64,000 bases of DNA, taken from assembly GCF_006345805.1 (NCBI RefSeq), contig NC_042998.1:180544001-180608000 (forward strand). The letters run 5' to 3'. The position numbers and the translations under genes were made by a program. The stretch's first letter is position 1; every line of letters starts with the position of its first letter. The notes beneath the pieces were generated by a model, which was given only the letters and a program-made list of their open reading frames with translations, was not told the origin of the DNA and ran no database searches. The DNA comes from Octopus sinensis (Eukaryota). Of the stretch, positions 39,933-52,956 are shown piece by piece.

Positions 39933-41110
39933 GACGATTGTAAACTTCATAAATTTCCAGTTGACATCAGAAAGATGGTGTTTCCTATACCATTTAGGAA
40001 TACCAAAGGTGATATTACTTTTGAAAATAATTTTCATGTTTACCCTCACAATTGAGAAGTTCTCGACATATGAATATACCGAGCGATAACTGTGAAACTT
40101 TCAATATGAATAATTCATTTCCACTTAGAAGATGACAACAAAATATTTCACTTTATAGCAATAATGGAAACTGAATTTTATTCAAGTATTTTATGTCCAT
40201 GGAGCATCAAGGTAACAGAATATAATCCTTAACTGATTAATAGTGGCAGTGGTTCACGTATCAGTATGTGAAAATAAAAAGATTACCCAAACATGAGTAA
40301 CAAAATACAACATACATCTGTACGGCTGGAATACAATCTAAATCTGTACGAATCTTGTGAGATATCAAAAATATTACGAATCATGTGAGATATCAAAAAA
40401 TATTTCGCAGGGTTTAAACTATTAAAAACTACTGCTTATATGGTTACTGTTTCAGGTAATACAGGAACTCGTTATGACCTTATTAGTTTAGCGAGATCCT
40501 TTTGCATATATTTATTTTGCCATCTTCATCTCTGAGGAACATGAGTGCTACCACGATGCAATGGTCGTGGTGAGAAATTTGAAATGCCAGAGACATACAA
40601 CGCTTTCTGAGATGATATTAAATATAATCTTTTTCGTGAATAATTCCCTTCAGATAATGCTACGAGTGTGGGTTGGATAAAACTGAAATACTTATTGAAA
40701 GATACCTTGAAAAATATTATTTTGGGGAAATATTAATGCATATTTCTATTCTATCAAATTCCAGAAAAGGCGATTACTTCATACTCATCTTCTAATCATC
40801 TAACAATTCGTGACTTCAACAAGACTATTCCGAAAATATATATTATCAGTCCAAAAGAGCCAGAACATTTTCATCTGAGAATATTATTGCACAGCGAGAA
40901 GTGAGCAATTAGCTTCCATCAATATCGAACTGTGGACGGAACGTTTAAAGCCATAGGACAAAGAACTTAAAGAAGCAATAATGATGAACAGGTTTGATGT
41001 ATGTCTGAAGTTCCCATCCGACGAAAGTTTACTTCATATTAGCTATTATTTGTTCACTATAATATGGACTATAAATTATCCTCACTCATTGCAACTCAGA
41101 AGATTACATA

Positions 41111-42355
41111 CGAGACGCATTCCAGAAGTTTTGAGACATTTTAGGAAAAGCAGTTATAACTGTCGTAGATTATTGAAATTTTAGTATATATCTATACATC
41201 TTAATAAGCTAATCGGACAAACTTTTATTCTAGTTTGAAGAACCTAGTTGTAACAGCATTTTGAACATAGTCTATTGAACACTGCTCGTTTACAGATGAC
41301 TACTTTGCAGAATGCTATCGGGAAGAACAACTGGAACCTCACTATGAAATAAAGTTTTGTGTTAAACTAGACAAAAACGATACAGACATTTATTAGATGT
41401 TCCAGGTTGCATATAGATTAACTTTTATAAATCGAACATCTGTTTTTCACTGGCATAAGCGGTCCAAGGACAATAGAAAGTGTCAGAATATCAGAGCTCG
41501 TTGAGAAAATTTGCAAATTTCGCAATGAAGACCGCCGTGTGTCTATACAGACAATAAGCATAAAGTTTGGAGTTTGTTTATGAACACGTATAAAATTTGT
41601 ACAAACTTTGTTCCCAGGGAGCTCAGTGATGAATAGATTGAAAGAATGCTGGTGACAACAGGAGATGATTACCTCCACTTCTATAGAGAATTTGAATCCC
41701 TAGTGACTTCTGATGAAGGCTAGATCTACTGTTATGATCCAGAAACAAAGATACTAAGTGTTCAATGGAAGCATATTGAATCCTCCGGGTCCAAGAAAGC
41801 CAGGCAAAGCAAGTTCATCGAGACGTTCATGATGACCGATATTTTCCACAGCAAGGGCATCGTCTACATCCACTGGGTTCTCTCTGGCCAGGCGATTCAC
41901 AGAGTACTTTGTGGAGGTTCTGTGAGAGTTCAGAAAGAAATTTTGTCGCAAAAAGCCAGAGTTTTTCCACTTATGTTGGAGGCACTTGCACCAGTCCACA
42001 ATTACCCTTTGGCAACCAACACCTTGATAGTGATGGTTTCAAAATTGTGCCTTATTCTCCTTACATGCCAGATCTTGTTTACTGTGATTTTTGGTTGTTA
42101 CCCAAGCTGAGGAGGAATACCAAGGGCAATAATTTTGAAGACATTGCAAAAAAAAATTAAGGAAGCTGTGACAACGGTTCTGGACATCTACACTTTGGAG
42201 GTCTTCCATGGGGTCCTCACGAAGTGGCAGAAGCATTACAAGTGCATTGAGTCACAGGATCCTACTTTCAGGGAAATTGTATTCTTTTTTTACTTCTTTG
42301 AAGTTATTAAAAATTTTTCGTTAAAAAAATTCTCAAAATTTTGGAATGAACCATG
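41111..42355 (+). mobile_element. Decayed full-length mariner transposon
   Basis: TA-flanked degenerate TIRs (41111-41142 vs 42325-42355); 'EIKFCVKLDK', 'LVTSDEG*IYCYDPETK', 'PYSPYMPDLVYCDFWLLPKL'. Confidence 0.88.
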
Positions 42356-42531
42356 TAAAATGGAATGAACCATGTAAAACCATGTAAAGCCGGACCCATA
42401 CGCACAACCATCTAATCTCATAGGCACACTCGCGCGCGCGCACACATACATGTACACACACACACATACGCACCCACACACATACACACACACAGTGACA
42501 GTGGTATCTCCCGATCTGAAAAAAGCATAAT

Positions 42532-42850
42532 GGCGCATGGCTCAGTAGTTAGAGAGCCGGGCTCACAATCATGAGGTAGTAAATTCAATTACCGGACCGC
42601 TTTGTTTGTTGTGTTCTTGAGCTAGATACTTTGTTTCACGTTGCTCCAGTTCCCTCAGCTGTAGAAATGAGTTTTGGCCAAGCTGTATCGGCCCCTTTGC
42701 CTTTCCATTGGATAACATTGGTGGTGTATAGAGGGGAGGCTAGTATGCATGGGGGACTGCTAGTCTTCCATAAACAAACTTTCCTAGACTTGTGCCTAGG
42801 AGGGGAACTTTCTAGGTGAAATTTCATGGTTACTGGTGACCAAAGGGGTC
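42532..42850 (+). mobile_element. SINE family B, tail type 2
   Basis: Homologous end to end to 36433-36760. Confidence 0.85.
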
Positions 42851-45800
42851 TTTCTCACCCGATATTCCATATAAATGTCTCTTATTTAAGTAATACAGGA
42901 GTATATACGCAAATGGATAGGATGAGGTAGGAGTTGTTGGAGAAGTATAAACATAACAGTGTTGGGGTATAGTATTGTTAAACAAGATTGAGAGTAGTAA
43001 TTCCGTGAGTATAATCTAGCTAGTGCCACTATGTCAATTCGATAGTAGACTAGCGTATTTCATCATAATTAAGATTGTTTCCGATCTTGTAGCTCTAGAA
43101 TGTTCGACATCTCCAGAGTGCGCAGCTAATTCCTGATTCATTATGTTTATTAGCTAGTACAATCTCCTATCCCTCTTTCATTCATAGTTCACGAAGTTGT
43201 CTAACCTCATCGTACAACAACGCGTATCGCTATAGTAACCATTTCCATATATAGCTAGCATTATAGTTAGCTAGATTATACATGTGTACTAGAAGTGATG
43301 TCGGGTAACTAAGTCTTGGGTTGAAGAAAGGATGTCTACGCATAGAAATATGCTGCTCATGGCATGAATCACAGAGACTGTGTAATATTTACTATAATGC
43401 ATCATAATTCACGTGTGTACAGAACGTTTGCATGCACACAGTGGACGCCCTGTATATATACCTCTCACTCTTTGCATTGTAGTTACTGTTAGGAGTAGGT
43501 CCAAGTCGACTCAGGATTCTTTTTCTCTCTTTTCTTCTGTGTACACATTTGTGCAAGTGTATGAATGTGTGCGTCATTTCGGCCCTTCTCTGATGGACCA
43601 CTTACTTACCTTGAAACAATCCTACTACTTAACGCTTTATTCTGCAATACACTGGTATTCAACGTTATTTACATAGCTGGAATATGATTAAAGCGTTCAT
43701 CCTTCCTAATTTAGTAGTTTCCGCTACGAATGATGAGGAAGTGCGTCAATTACCTTGCGACATCTGGCCGACTTCCTTGCGCAGTAATAACAATCGCTGC
43801 TGAAACACGTGTATGTTTTTGAAAGCTGAAGATAACAACTACGTTTTCTCTGTGCATTATTACTACATATTTTCATATAACTGTGTGTGCACGTGCGCGC
43901 GTGTGTGTGTCTGTCTGTGTCTGTGTTTGTGTATGTGTGTGAGAGAGAGTATGTGTCTAGATGCGTGTATGAATTTGTATGCTATACGTATATACGAGGA
44001 AGGGAGGGCAGACAAAAAAAATCGACGTTGATGAAGTTAACGATGATGGTGCATTCTCCGTCTGGTATTTATGGTTCTTTTTTATTGAACAAAAATTGTA
44101 GCCTCAGTTGTAACAACAGAATTCTTGGAAGAGTGGCATGATTTTATTTTCATTTATATCATATTTTAAAATGTTTAGCGATTTATCCCTTATTCATAGA
44201 ATTTTAAGTGAAAACGATAAAAAAACTAACCCACAACTTTAAATCCCCAACTCTTATAACATTGAGCTGTTATTCACAAGAATTACTTCATGTTCTTTTA
44301 CGAAAACAAAACAAAATTTTTTCAGATTTGATTACATGTAAAGTGAAAAGAACAAAAACCCATCGAAAATGTATTTTGAATATGTAGCTTTCTCATTAGA
44401 TCAAAGCAAAGACATTTATGAAGATTCGGTGTTGTATTTTCTCAGATGTTTTACTTAATGTCCGTATGTTATTTTTCTATTACCAACTGTAATTACCTTC
44501 GGCATTTCACAGGTATGAATACAAACAAACACGAAAATATTCCCTAAATTCAACATTCCAAACTCTAAAAATTTTAGATTAACATGCTTGTAACGATGTT
44601 AAACATGCAACAGGATTGATGCTTATAACTTTTAGATTTTATTCTTGAAAAATGTGTAATGGAATTTTGTGTTTGTTAGTTATGAATTCAACTGAGGAAA
44701 TATTCATGCAATTTGAAGCATTACACTGAAAAGTTGAGTATGCACCACCGGAAAGAGTATGGCCAGGCAGAGTAGTTACGAGAAAGATATATACTATTGT
44801 TTTAACATTTGCATTGGATGAATTAGTTCTTATTACAAGTATGGTTTATATCTTCGTCAAAGTTGATATGAAAAATGCTTCATATACGCCTAGGTCTGTA
44901 ATATGTCACTCCTGTTACTCGTCTACATGTGTTATTTTGTTCAGGAGCAATATCTCAGTCTAGCACGCTGTTAGTAAGAAAACTAAATGTATTTCGAAGT
45001 AGATATCATGTATTGATGGAACCATCTCAGTGAGCTTTATCAAAGTTAGCAGAGTCCATTTTATGTGTGGCGATAAATCAATTTCAATCATGAACTACAA
45101 TCTCATTGGTATCCCAAAGGTACTGACAACTTCTGAAATATGTTCTTATGGTGTCAAGATGAGTATGATATTACAGCGTATAATAAACATTTGCCATGTT
45201 TTATCATTTCTGCACTGTACTGCATAATGTTTTGTTTTAACTTATTTCCATATAAATCCTCATGGAAATATTATCGGAGATATATTTTTTTGTCTAGAGA
45301 GATACACGAAATATTCATGAAAATTTTGGCATTACTTCCAGAAAGTATATCTTTGTATTTGTATTTCAATAGGGACTAGTGCATTAGACCTTACTTTCAA
45401 TTTGCTCGGAAATATATCAGAAACCATACTGCGATTTATTTCCCATCTGCAGCGCTCAGTGTAAATATTAATCTTCTCAAACAAAGACTTAATGAAACAA
45501 AAATTTGGCGCATAAATTTGATATGTGTAATAGAGAGATAAAATGGTTTGAATTATATCTTTTATTTGAAATAATCAATGATGGTAATTCTTTACCGTTC
45601 GAAGAGAGATTTTGAAATAAATATTAGTTTAATTGATTTCTTTAATGTGTATATTTGCTTTCCTCTTCTTCTAAGAATTCCATACTTTATATGAGGTGCA
45701 ATTGCAAATGTCATTGACAAAATAATGATTCTTTCTATATTTATTTGATTAATTTTACGCTAAGGAAATAACGAAATTCTTCTCTAAAGCCTATAATTTG

Positions 45801-48236
45801 GAGTGGTGGTGAGGAATTTCAGATTATAGTAATTAATGACATCGTACTGATTATTCTCTGTGATGCTTAAAGAGAAACCTCTGTAGAAATTGAATCTAAA
45901 CGCAGAATCATGATTGTTTTATTTTACCAATGAGAAATGTAAACTTAAGTATTGACAGTACAAAGGAAGTCTGTTCTCTAGTGCTCTGTAGTATCTCACA
46001 GTACAAGAGGAAAAGCTACGCTACACCATGACACCAAGAGTTAGACAGACATAGGGAACAGTTCGATAGATATGTGATTAAAATATACAAATCGGAACGT
46101 GATGCCCAATTTTAATGTTATCCATCATTAATTATCAAGAGAAATTTACGATGCTACAAAACTGGACAACGTGTCTAACTCTTATCTAAATCGAGGGTTT
46201 CGTATATTATTCACTGAATGAGACTACACCACGGCAAGAGATCCGAGTTTAGAAAGGCATTTGTTCGAAAAAAAAGGTTTCACTCTGTAGCAAACACTTC
46301 CTGATATATGCCACATTTTTATTCAAGCAAACTGCAGATATTTCACTATCTGCATTAGAGTTGTAACGGAATAGAACAAGTGGATATCGTAATTTTAAAC
46401 CGGAAAGTAAAATAAATCCCTAGTAAAACAAGTGTCTAATAATTCTTCATTTAAATAATTAACTTTATAAAAGTAGATTAGAAAGGTGAATATAAATAAG
46501 CCGTAACGAATTGTAGGTGAAAAAATTTAACTCTGAATATTATTAGAAATATTCAAAATCTTCTCTAATTTACCTGGAAATTAAGTTTATTGAGTGAATT
46601 CATTTATATCTTCATAGTTATCACAATGATATTCATTAATTCCTATTAACATTTGTTCTATTTTCGCAATAATTCTAAAAAAACATTAATATTATTTAAT
46701 ACGATTGCATAGTGTCATGCCCTCGAATATTGAATACTAAACTAATTTAATTAAGGGGAGATTTTGGCACTGAGTTTTAATATTTCATGATCATTGCAAT
46801 TTGAAAAATCTCTGCTCCTTAAATCTTTACTTCAATATGCAATCAATTAATTATTATTGTATTATTCTTGCTTAGCTTAAGCAACTGTTTAAATCATCTG
46901 TTAAATAATACCTTTCGTATCGTATGCTATGTCCTTATTCAATATATTTTTCAAAAAAGCAAAAGCTTTTGAAACGAAAATGCTTAATGACAAATAAATT
47001 CAATGCATTTAAATACAAAGGTTCTCGTTTCTCCTGTCACATTAAAAACTGAAACTGATATTCCATCATCCATTTATAAGATAATGATATGCAATTATTT
47101 CATTATCTTTATCAAGATTGATCCAACCTATGTTTTATAAAATCAACCTCTTTTCTGCAGATTTTTGTAACACTATAAAAACAGCATCGGCCTAAAAACT
47201 TTCTATTGCAAAGGTGAATATCACTCCTAGCACTAGTATTATTTTAATTATTTTACGTTAATAATATACATCACGTTTTAAGGAATGACTATATCAATGT
47301 TTAATCAATATTTATGTCAAAACCTGAATTATGTTCCAATAATTTTATACTATAACATGTCTTCGCTTATTTTGAAGCAATTTACTCTAGAATTTCCTGT
47401 AATGTTTTTATGAGACTTTTCTTTATTTGTTGCTGCAATACCCATTATTCTATTATCCATTATTTCTTTGTGGAGGATTTCCTTCTGCTGTGCCCCCACT
47501 TTACAACAAATATTGGGATTATATAACATTTTAAAGCATTTTTTTACAAATTTTTAAACTATGTACGAATCCCGTCATTGAGAGGAATAGCTGAAAGTGT
47601 CTATTTTCCTGTTTCCGTGTTTTAGCATACATTATACATTCAGCTATACATAGGAGGTATAGATATATCACTTTGATATGACTGCTATGGATTTCCTGCC
47701 TAAAGCCTCTTGCATTTCATGCAAGGTGACAATGCTGGCTACGAAGTATCACTAGCAATCAATGAATATTTTTCAGTCTGTGTCTTGCTGCCCTTATAAA
47801 TTTTCAATGCTCCCTATCAGTGGTAACATACATCATAGCTTTTACTGTATATGAACCGTAGCTGTTATATTGAACAATTTACGTTATTGAAAATACCTGT
47901 TATATAAAATAGTTGTGATTGTATGTTGATAAACCCTACCGTCATTAACCACGTTCGATTGTTATCGAGTGTTTGATCTGTGAACCCCGAATATCTTCGG
48001 TGAGGGATCAGCCAATTGTAAACTTACAATTGCTGAATACAATTTCCTATATAATATCTCCCTTCAAATACGAAAGCAAATCGAAGCTCCCTATTGTGGC
48101 TTCGCTATACCTTAAATTGTTTTATTCGGATCTTGCTGTGGTTTAACAACACGAAAGTCTGATTTAAAGAAGCTTCAGTTATGGAGGATATTTCAAAGCA
48201 TTTCAATAGCATGCGTATACATATATACGTACGTAC

Positions 48237-48311
<75 letters not shown>

Positions 48312-48715
48312 GGCGCAGGCGTGGCTGTGTGAAACGATGCTTGCTTCCCAACCTCGTGGTTCTGGGTTCAGTCCCACAGCGTAGAACCTTAAGCAAATGA
48401 TTTCTGCTATAGCCTCGAGCCGACCAAACACCTATGAGTGGATTTCATAGTGGGGAAACTGAAAGAAGCCCGTCGTATGTGTGTGTGTGCTTGTGTGTTT
48501 ATGTGTGTGTCTGTTTTTGTTACCCCACTACCGCTTGGTAACCTGTGTTGGTGTTTTTTCCATCCCTGTAATATAGCGGTAGAGCAAAAAGGACCGATAG
48601 AATAAGTACCTCGCATAAAAAATGAGTACTTGGGTCGATGCATACCTTTAAATACTCAAGGCAGTACCCTCGCTTGGCCGCAGTCTAAGGACTGAAGTAA
48701 GTAAAAGATAAAAGA
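48312..48715 (+). mobile_element. Older SINE family A copy
   Basis: ggcgcaggcgtggctgtgtg head, gggttcagtccc, internal (TG)n, gatagaataagtac, aagtaaaagataaaaga tail. Confidence 0.85.
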
Positions 48716-49088
48716 TATATGTATATATATATATATTCCTGAGCGCCATACTAATACAATTGTTTGTTTATATTCCACCTGCCTTCGTCTTTTGCTTATT
48801 TTCATAAAGCTTCCCGTTATATATATATATATATGTATACACACACACGCATACATACATATATATATATATATGACACTTTCACAAGAATAATATTGAC
48901 AGTGACCTCGAAGTTTCGGTCAGCTACGGTTACGGGGTCAAAATGTCTAAATCACTGTTAATGTTACTGTCGTTGAAGGATATTAAACCTATACTCTACA
49001 AAAAATATTGAGTTGTCCTTAATGTAAATTATTTTTATTATAGCACAATATATAAACAAACATTGATATATCAAGATATTTATATGTT

Positions 49089-49126
<38 letters not shown>

Positions 49127-49128
49127 TA

Positions 49129-49280
49129 CGACGGGTTGCTGAAAAGTTCCTGGCCTTAAGGGTGTCGTGAAAGGCTTAGTTGAGGCCCAACCTTCCGAGT
49201 TTTTTTAAAGGGTTAGAAAAACATTGACGGCTTGCAATAAATATGTGAATCTCAGAGGGTAATATGTTGAATAAAATCAT
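49129..49280 (+). mobile_element. Internally deleted mariner remnant
   Basis: TA + TIR-like 'cgacgggttgctgaaaagttcctggcc' followed within ~70 bp by C-terminal-like 'FFKGLEK..CNKYVNLRG*YVE*'. Confidence 0.6.
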
Positions 49281-49304
49281 ATGTATGTAAATGTGTATGT
49301 AACC

Positions 49305-49480
49305 ACACGTGAACTGTTTGCAATTTTTTCCGCCTTCTTCCCTTTTTCCCTTTAGACTTACCTGTTTTTTTCCTGTTACCGAAGAAAAGCTAAGCTCCAA
49401 ACGTAAAGCAACTTCTCTCTGCCTTCTCTGGGCGTTTTATTAATGCATCCTTACGTTTCATTGAATTTTTTTCCCTCTGT
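49305..49480 (+). repeat. PLE pLTR-like repeat with degenerate minimal hammerhead
   Basis: CCGAAGA-a-aagc taa gctc-cAAA-CGTA at 49379-49405; the downstream part resembles 48735-48790. Confidence 0.4.
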
Positions 49481-49765
49481 CTTCTTGAATTAATTACACA
49501 CAAACACACATATACACACAGAAACACACACACATTCCTGTCTCAACCCGGGACCTTGAAGACTGCTTAAATGCAAAAATGTGTGCTAGTCCCTTAATAT
49601 TTGATATTCAATATTTCATCTATTCAATAAGACAATCAATAATTCATTTCATTTTACTATATATACTATATATACTATATATTCTATATCCTACTTTAAT
49701 ATTATAAAGAATATAAATAAAACGTAAAAAATAGACAGAGTTGGAATTCCTTTGAATAATATATG

Positions 49766-49797
<32 letters not shown>

Positions 49798-51192
49798 GTG
49801 CGTGTGTGTGTGTGTTAATCTTTAACAAGAGTACTCATAAATTTGTACTCTTCCAAATGTATTGTGTAACCCTTCGGTTTAGTATAAAAATTGTATTTAA
49901 TGTATCGTAAAAGTTACACATTGATATATAAGTGATGGCCGGTGCAGAGACAAGATAGCAATTTACATTATTCGGGTAACAATACGTAGCGAATAGGTAA
50001 ATACTAACTGACGCTCAAAGAGTAGAAAAGCTTGCTTAATTACATAGATGTTAAGGCATTATAAACGCATAGAACAGACACGGCACTTAGATAGATTGCA
50101 GAGGGTATGCACATAGTAATAGAGAGACCGAGTCTCAACAGAAAACATGAATTGGATGATAACACTCCTGCCACTACCACAATACGCAACATGACGGCTA
50201 AAGGCAGAATGGGAGAGAAAAAAGACAGATACAAACGATATAACACATAAACCCATTTACATATATAAAAAAAGGCCACGCATACATACACACATACACA
50301 GATGGAATGGGGCAAAATAGAGAGATAAATAAGCACATAAATGAAAAATAAAGGGCACGTATACAAACAGTATAGTAAGTAAACACACACAAAACACATA
50401 TACAAAACAAATACACAAGAGTAGTCACACATATGACACCACATACACACACGTAGTCAAACAGACGCACGCACATACACACAGATACAGACGCAAAGAC
50501 ATACGCATATAAGTGTATACACCACAGAAAGAAAGAACTAAGAGAGAGACACGTTGAATGGGGACTCCCTGGAGAGGTCACAGGTGTGTGATGAAAGATT
50601 TCCAGACAATGGAATAAAATAAGAATAAGAATAATAAACAAGAGAACTCTATAGTGCGTGTGTTTATCTAACAAGAAAGAAAAGATCATCCCGAAATTCA
50701 CTTAAACATTGCATATCCTTATTAAAATATGGTACGATAAGTTAATATATATCCTGTACAAAATATAAGTTAATGCTACACAACTCCTATCGTTTCAGAT
50801 TCAATAAAGCATGTCAAAATGTATATCGATTCACATTTTTTTCAAATTCTGTTCTAAGCAAAACTCTGTGCTTAATAATACACATTCTCCGGAATTCTTG
50901 TCCCTTTCGAGACGCATGCTTGCGTTACACGTCTTGTGAAAGTGATATCTGACGGACATTTCTCCAGCAGTACAAAATTCAGCATCGAATTATTGTGTAT
51001 GTTCTATTAAATATGCAGATTGGTAATTAGGAATAAGAATTTTAGTGTAACAAGTTGTAAAGTATTCACGCTCCAATAAATGTAATAGGTTTCTGTCTTG
51101 TAGACTACTTTCTTTCCCCTGCTTTACACTGATTTTGAACCAAAACGCAAGCAGATACATACATACATAGTTATGAATATATACATACATGC

Positions 51193-51245
<53 letters not shown>

Positions 51246-51308
51246 TGGGGAGGGAGATCGACAGACAGATAGATAGATAGATGGATAGATAGATACATAT
51301 GTACATAC

Positions 51309-51350
<42 letters not shown>

Positions 51351-51435
51351 CATATATATATACATATATATATATACATATATACAAACATACATACATA
51401 CATACATACTACATACATACATATATATATATGTG

Positions 51436-51476
<41 letters not shown>

Positions 51477-51581
51477 CAAAATAGGATAAAATCTTTATAA
51501 GAATTAATCAAGTAGTTAGCGGGGAAAAAGCTCATAAGGGAAAAAATTTATTAATTATTCCCTTTAGATATATTTATTTAT

Positions 51582-51741
51582 ATTAAGGACATTACTATAC
51601 ATAAATGCCTCACGCTAAGAGGGACTCTTAAAGTCAAAAACTACCATAATAAACACTGAATGTGTTTATTATGGTAGTTTTTTACTTTAAGAGTTCCTCG
51701 CCTCGTAGCGTGAGGCATTTACGTATAGCAATGCCCTTAAT
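51582..51741. repeat. Inverted repeat, ~75-bp arms, 5-nt loop
   Basis: attaaggacattactatac...ctaccataataaacac (51582-51656) / tgaat / gtgtttattatggtag...gtatagcaatgcccttaat (51662-51741). Confidence 0.9.
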
Positions 51742-51754
51742 GTGTATATATATA

Positions 51755-51805
<51 letters not shown>

Positions 51806-51819
51806 CATACATACATACA

Positions 51820-51853
<34 letters not shown>

Positions 51854-52018
51854 CATATATACATACATACATACATACATACATACATACATACAAACAT
51901 ACATATACGTATATGGTTTGTTTTAATTCTCTCTTCATATTTAGTGCTTAGGCGACGTCGGAGACATCGATATATAAATGTCGAATGACAAAAATGTGTA
52001 CTCAACATCGCATTGGTG

Positions 52019-52158
52019 ATACAGTTTTATATTCAAGAGATGAGGAATTATATACGTTATTACTTTATTTACAATTGACGGATATTTGTCCTCACCTTGT
52101 TTGTTGTTAACACAGGTTTCGGCAGATATACCCTCCAGCTTTGATCAGGTGTCTTGGA
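52019..52158 (-). ncRNA. Inverted pLTR-like segment with degenerate minimal hammerhead ribozyme
   Basis: Minus strand: gacac CTGATcA aagctg gagggtatat ctgcc GAAAc ctgtgtt; homologous to 39367-39508. Confidence 0.65.
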
Positions 52159-52159
52159 G

Positions 52160-52637
52160 ACATACAGTTCACTATGGAAAAAGAAACAGACAATCAGCTA
52201 GCATACAAAAGATATGCGGCCCATATGACATCAGAACAGTATTCAAAAGTAATACAACACTTCGCAAATATCTCCTTCGAGTAAAACCACTAATAGAAGA
52301 GAATATGACTAAGAACTGCGTATACTCCATCCCACACAGCTGTGGTAGGTTATACAAAGGCGAAACATGCCGTCCCCTCAAAATAAGGGTAGACGAACGC
52401 CGCAAAGCTGTGACACAGGGAGATATTGATAAATCGTGTATAGCTGATCATGTATGGAAAAATAGAGATCACCTCCCCCTGTGGGATGAAGTTAAAATAA
52501 TAGACAGAACACTACTGGAAAATACGAAAACTAAAAGCAGCAGCACATATGCTAGGACTCCAAGCAGACCGAGTGCAGATATGAACGGCATAGGGGAACC
52601 GGTATTAAGGAAGGATAGAAGAATATTAGAGTTATAA
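52160..52637 (+). pseudogene. Penelope-like element C-terminus with GIY-YIG endonuclease (5'-truncated)
   Basis: 'YDIRTVFKSNTTLRKYL..KNCVYSIPHSCGRLYKGETCRPLKIRVDERRK..KSCIADHVW..WDEVKIID' is typical of the PLE thumb-linker plus GIY-YIG. Confidence 0.9.
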
Positions 52638-52956
52638 GCCCTAAAATTTACTCCATAAGTGCCCAAAGGCATGACGGGTTCCGGGAACGGTAATTGTTTA
52701 AAATGATCCAAAATAAACTGAAGTTCAGAGTAGTTAGAAAGAGGCACATTTGCTGATTTTTCACTCAATAGTGTTTTCCTACAGTTTTCATTAAAATGAT
52801 GGCTTCATTCTTGTAGTGATGTTTATTGAATTGAATAGTCGTTGTTATCAACTTCATAAAAATCTTAAACATGTGATTATGTCACCAGTATTAGCGGCCG
52901 TTATCTAATGTTCTGGAACGGCCGTTGGGTGAATGTTGATGAGTGCATGAAATCTA

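Larger units (their letters stand above)
38990..40980 (+). pseudogene. Decayed Helitron RepHel (Rep/HUH domain) relic, interrupted at 39367-39932
   Basis: Collinear motifs: 'VHG*IYH' (~39126), 'ILPSS..YHDAMVVVR' (~40514-40577), 'YSIKFQKRRLLHTHLLI' (40747-40797, cf. EFQKRGLPHAH), 'IISPKEPEHFHLRILLH..ISFHQYRTVDG' (~40842-40940). Confidence 0.8.

Noticed and set aside
43728-43815. ATGATGA...CTGA (C/D snoRNA) or TGATGA...GAAACACGTGTA (hammerhead)
   Set aside because: No terminal stem for a snoRNA and no convincing stems I/II for a hammerhead.
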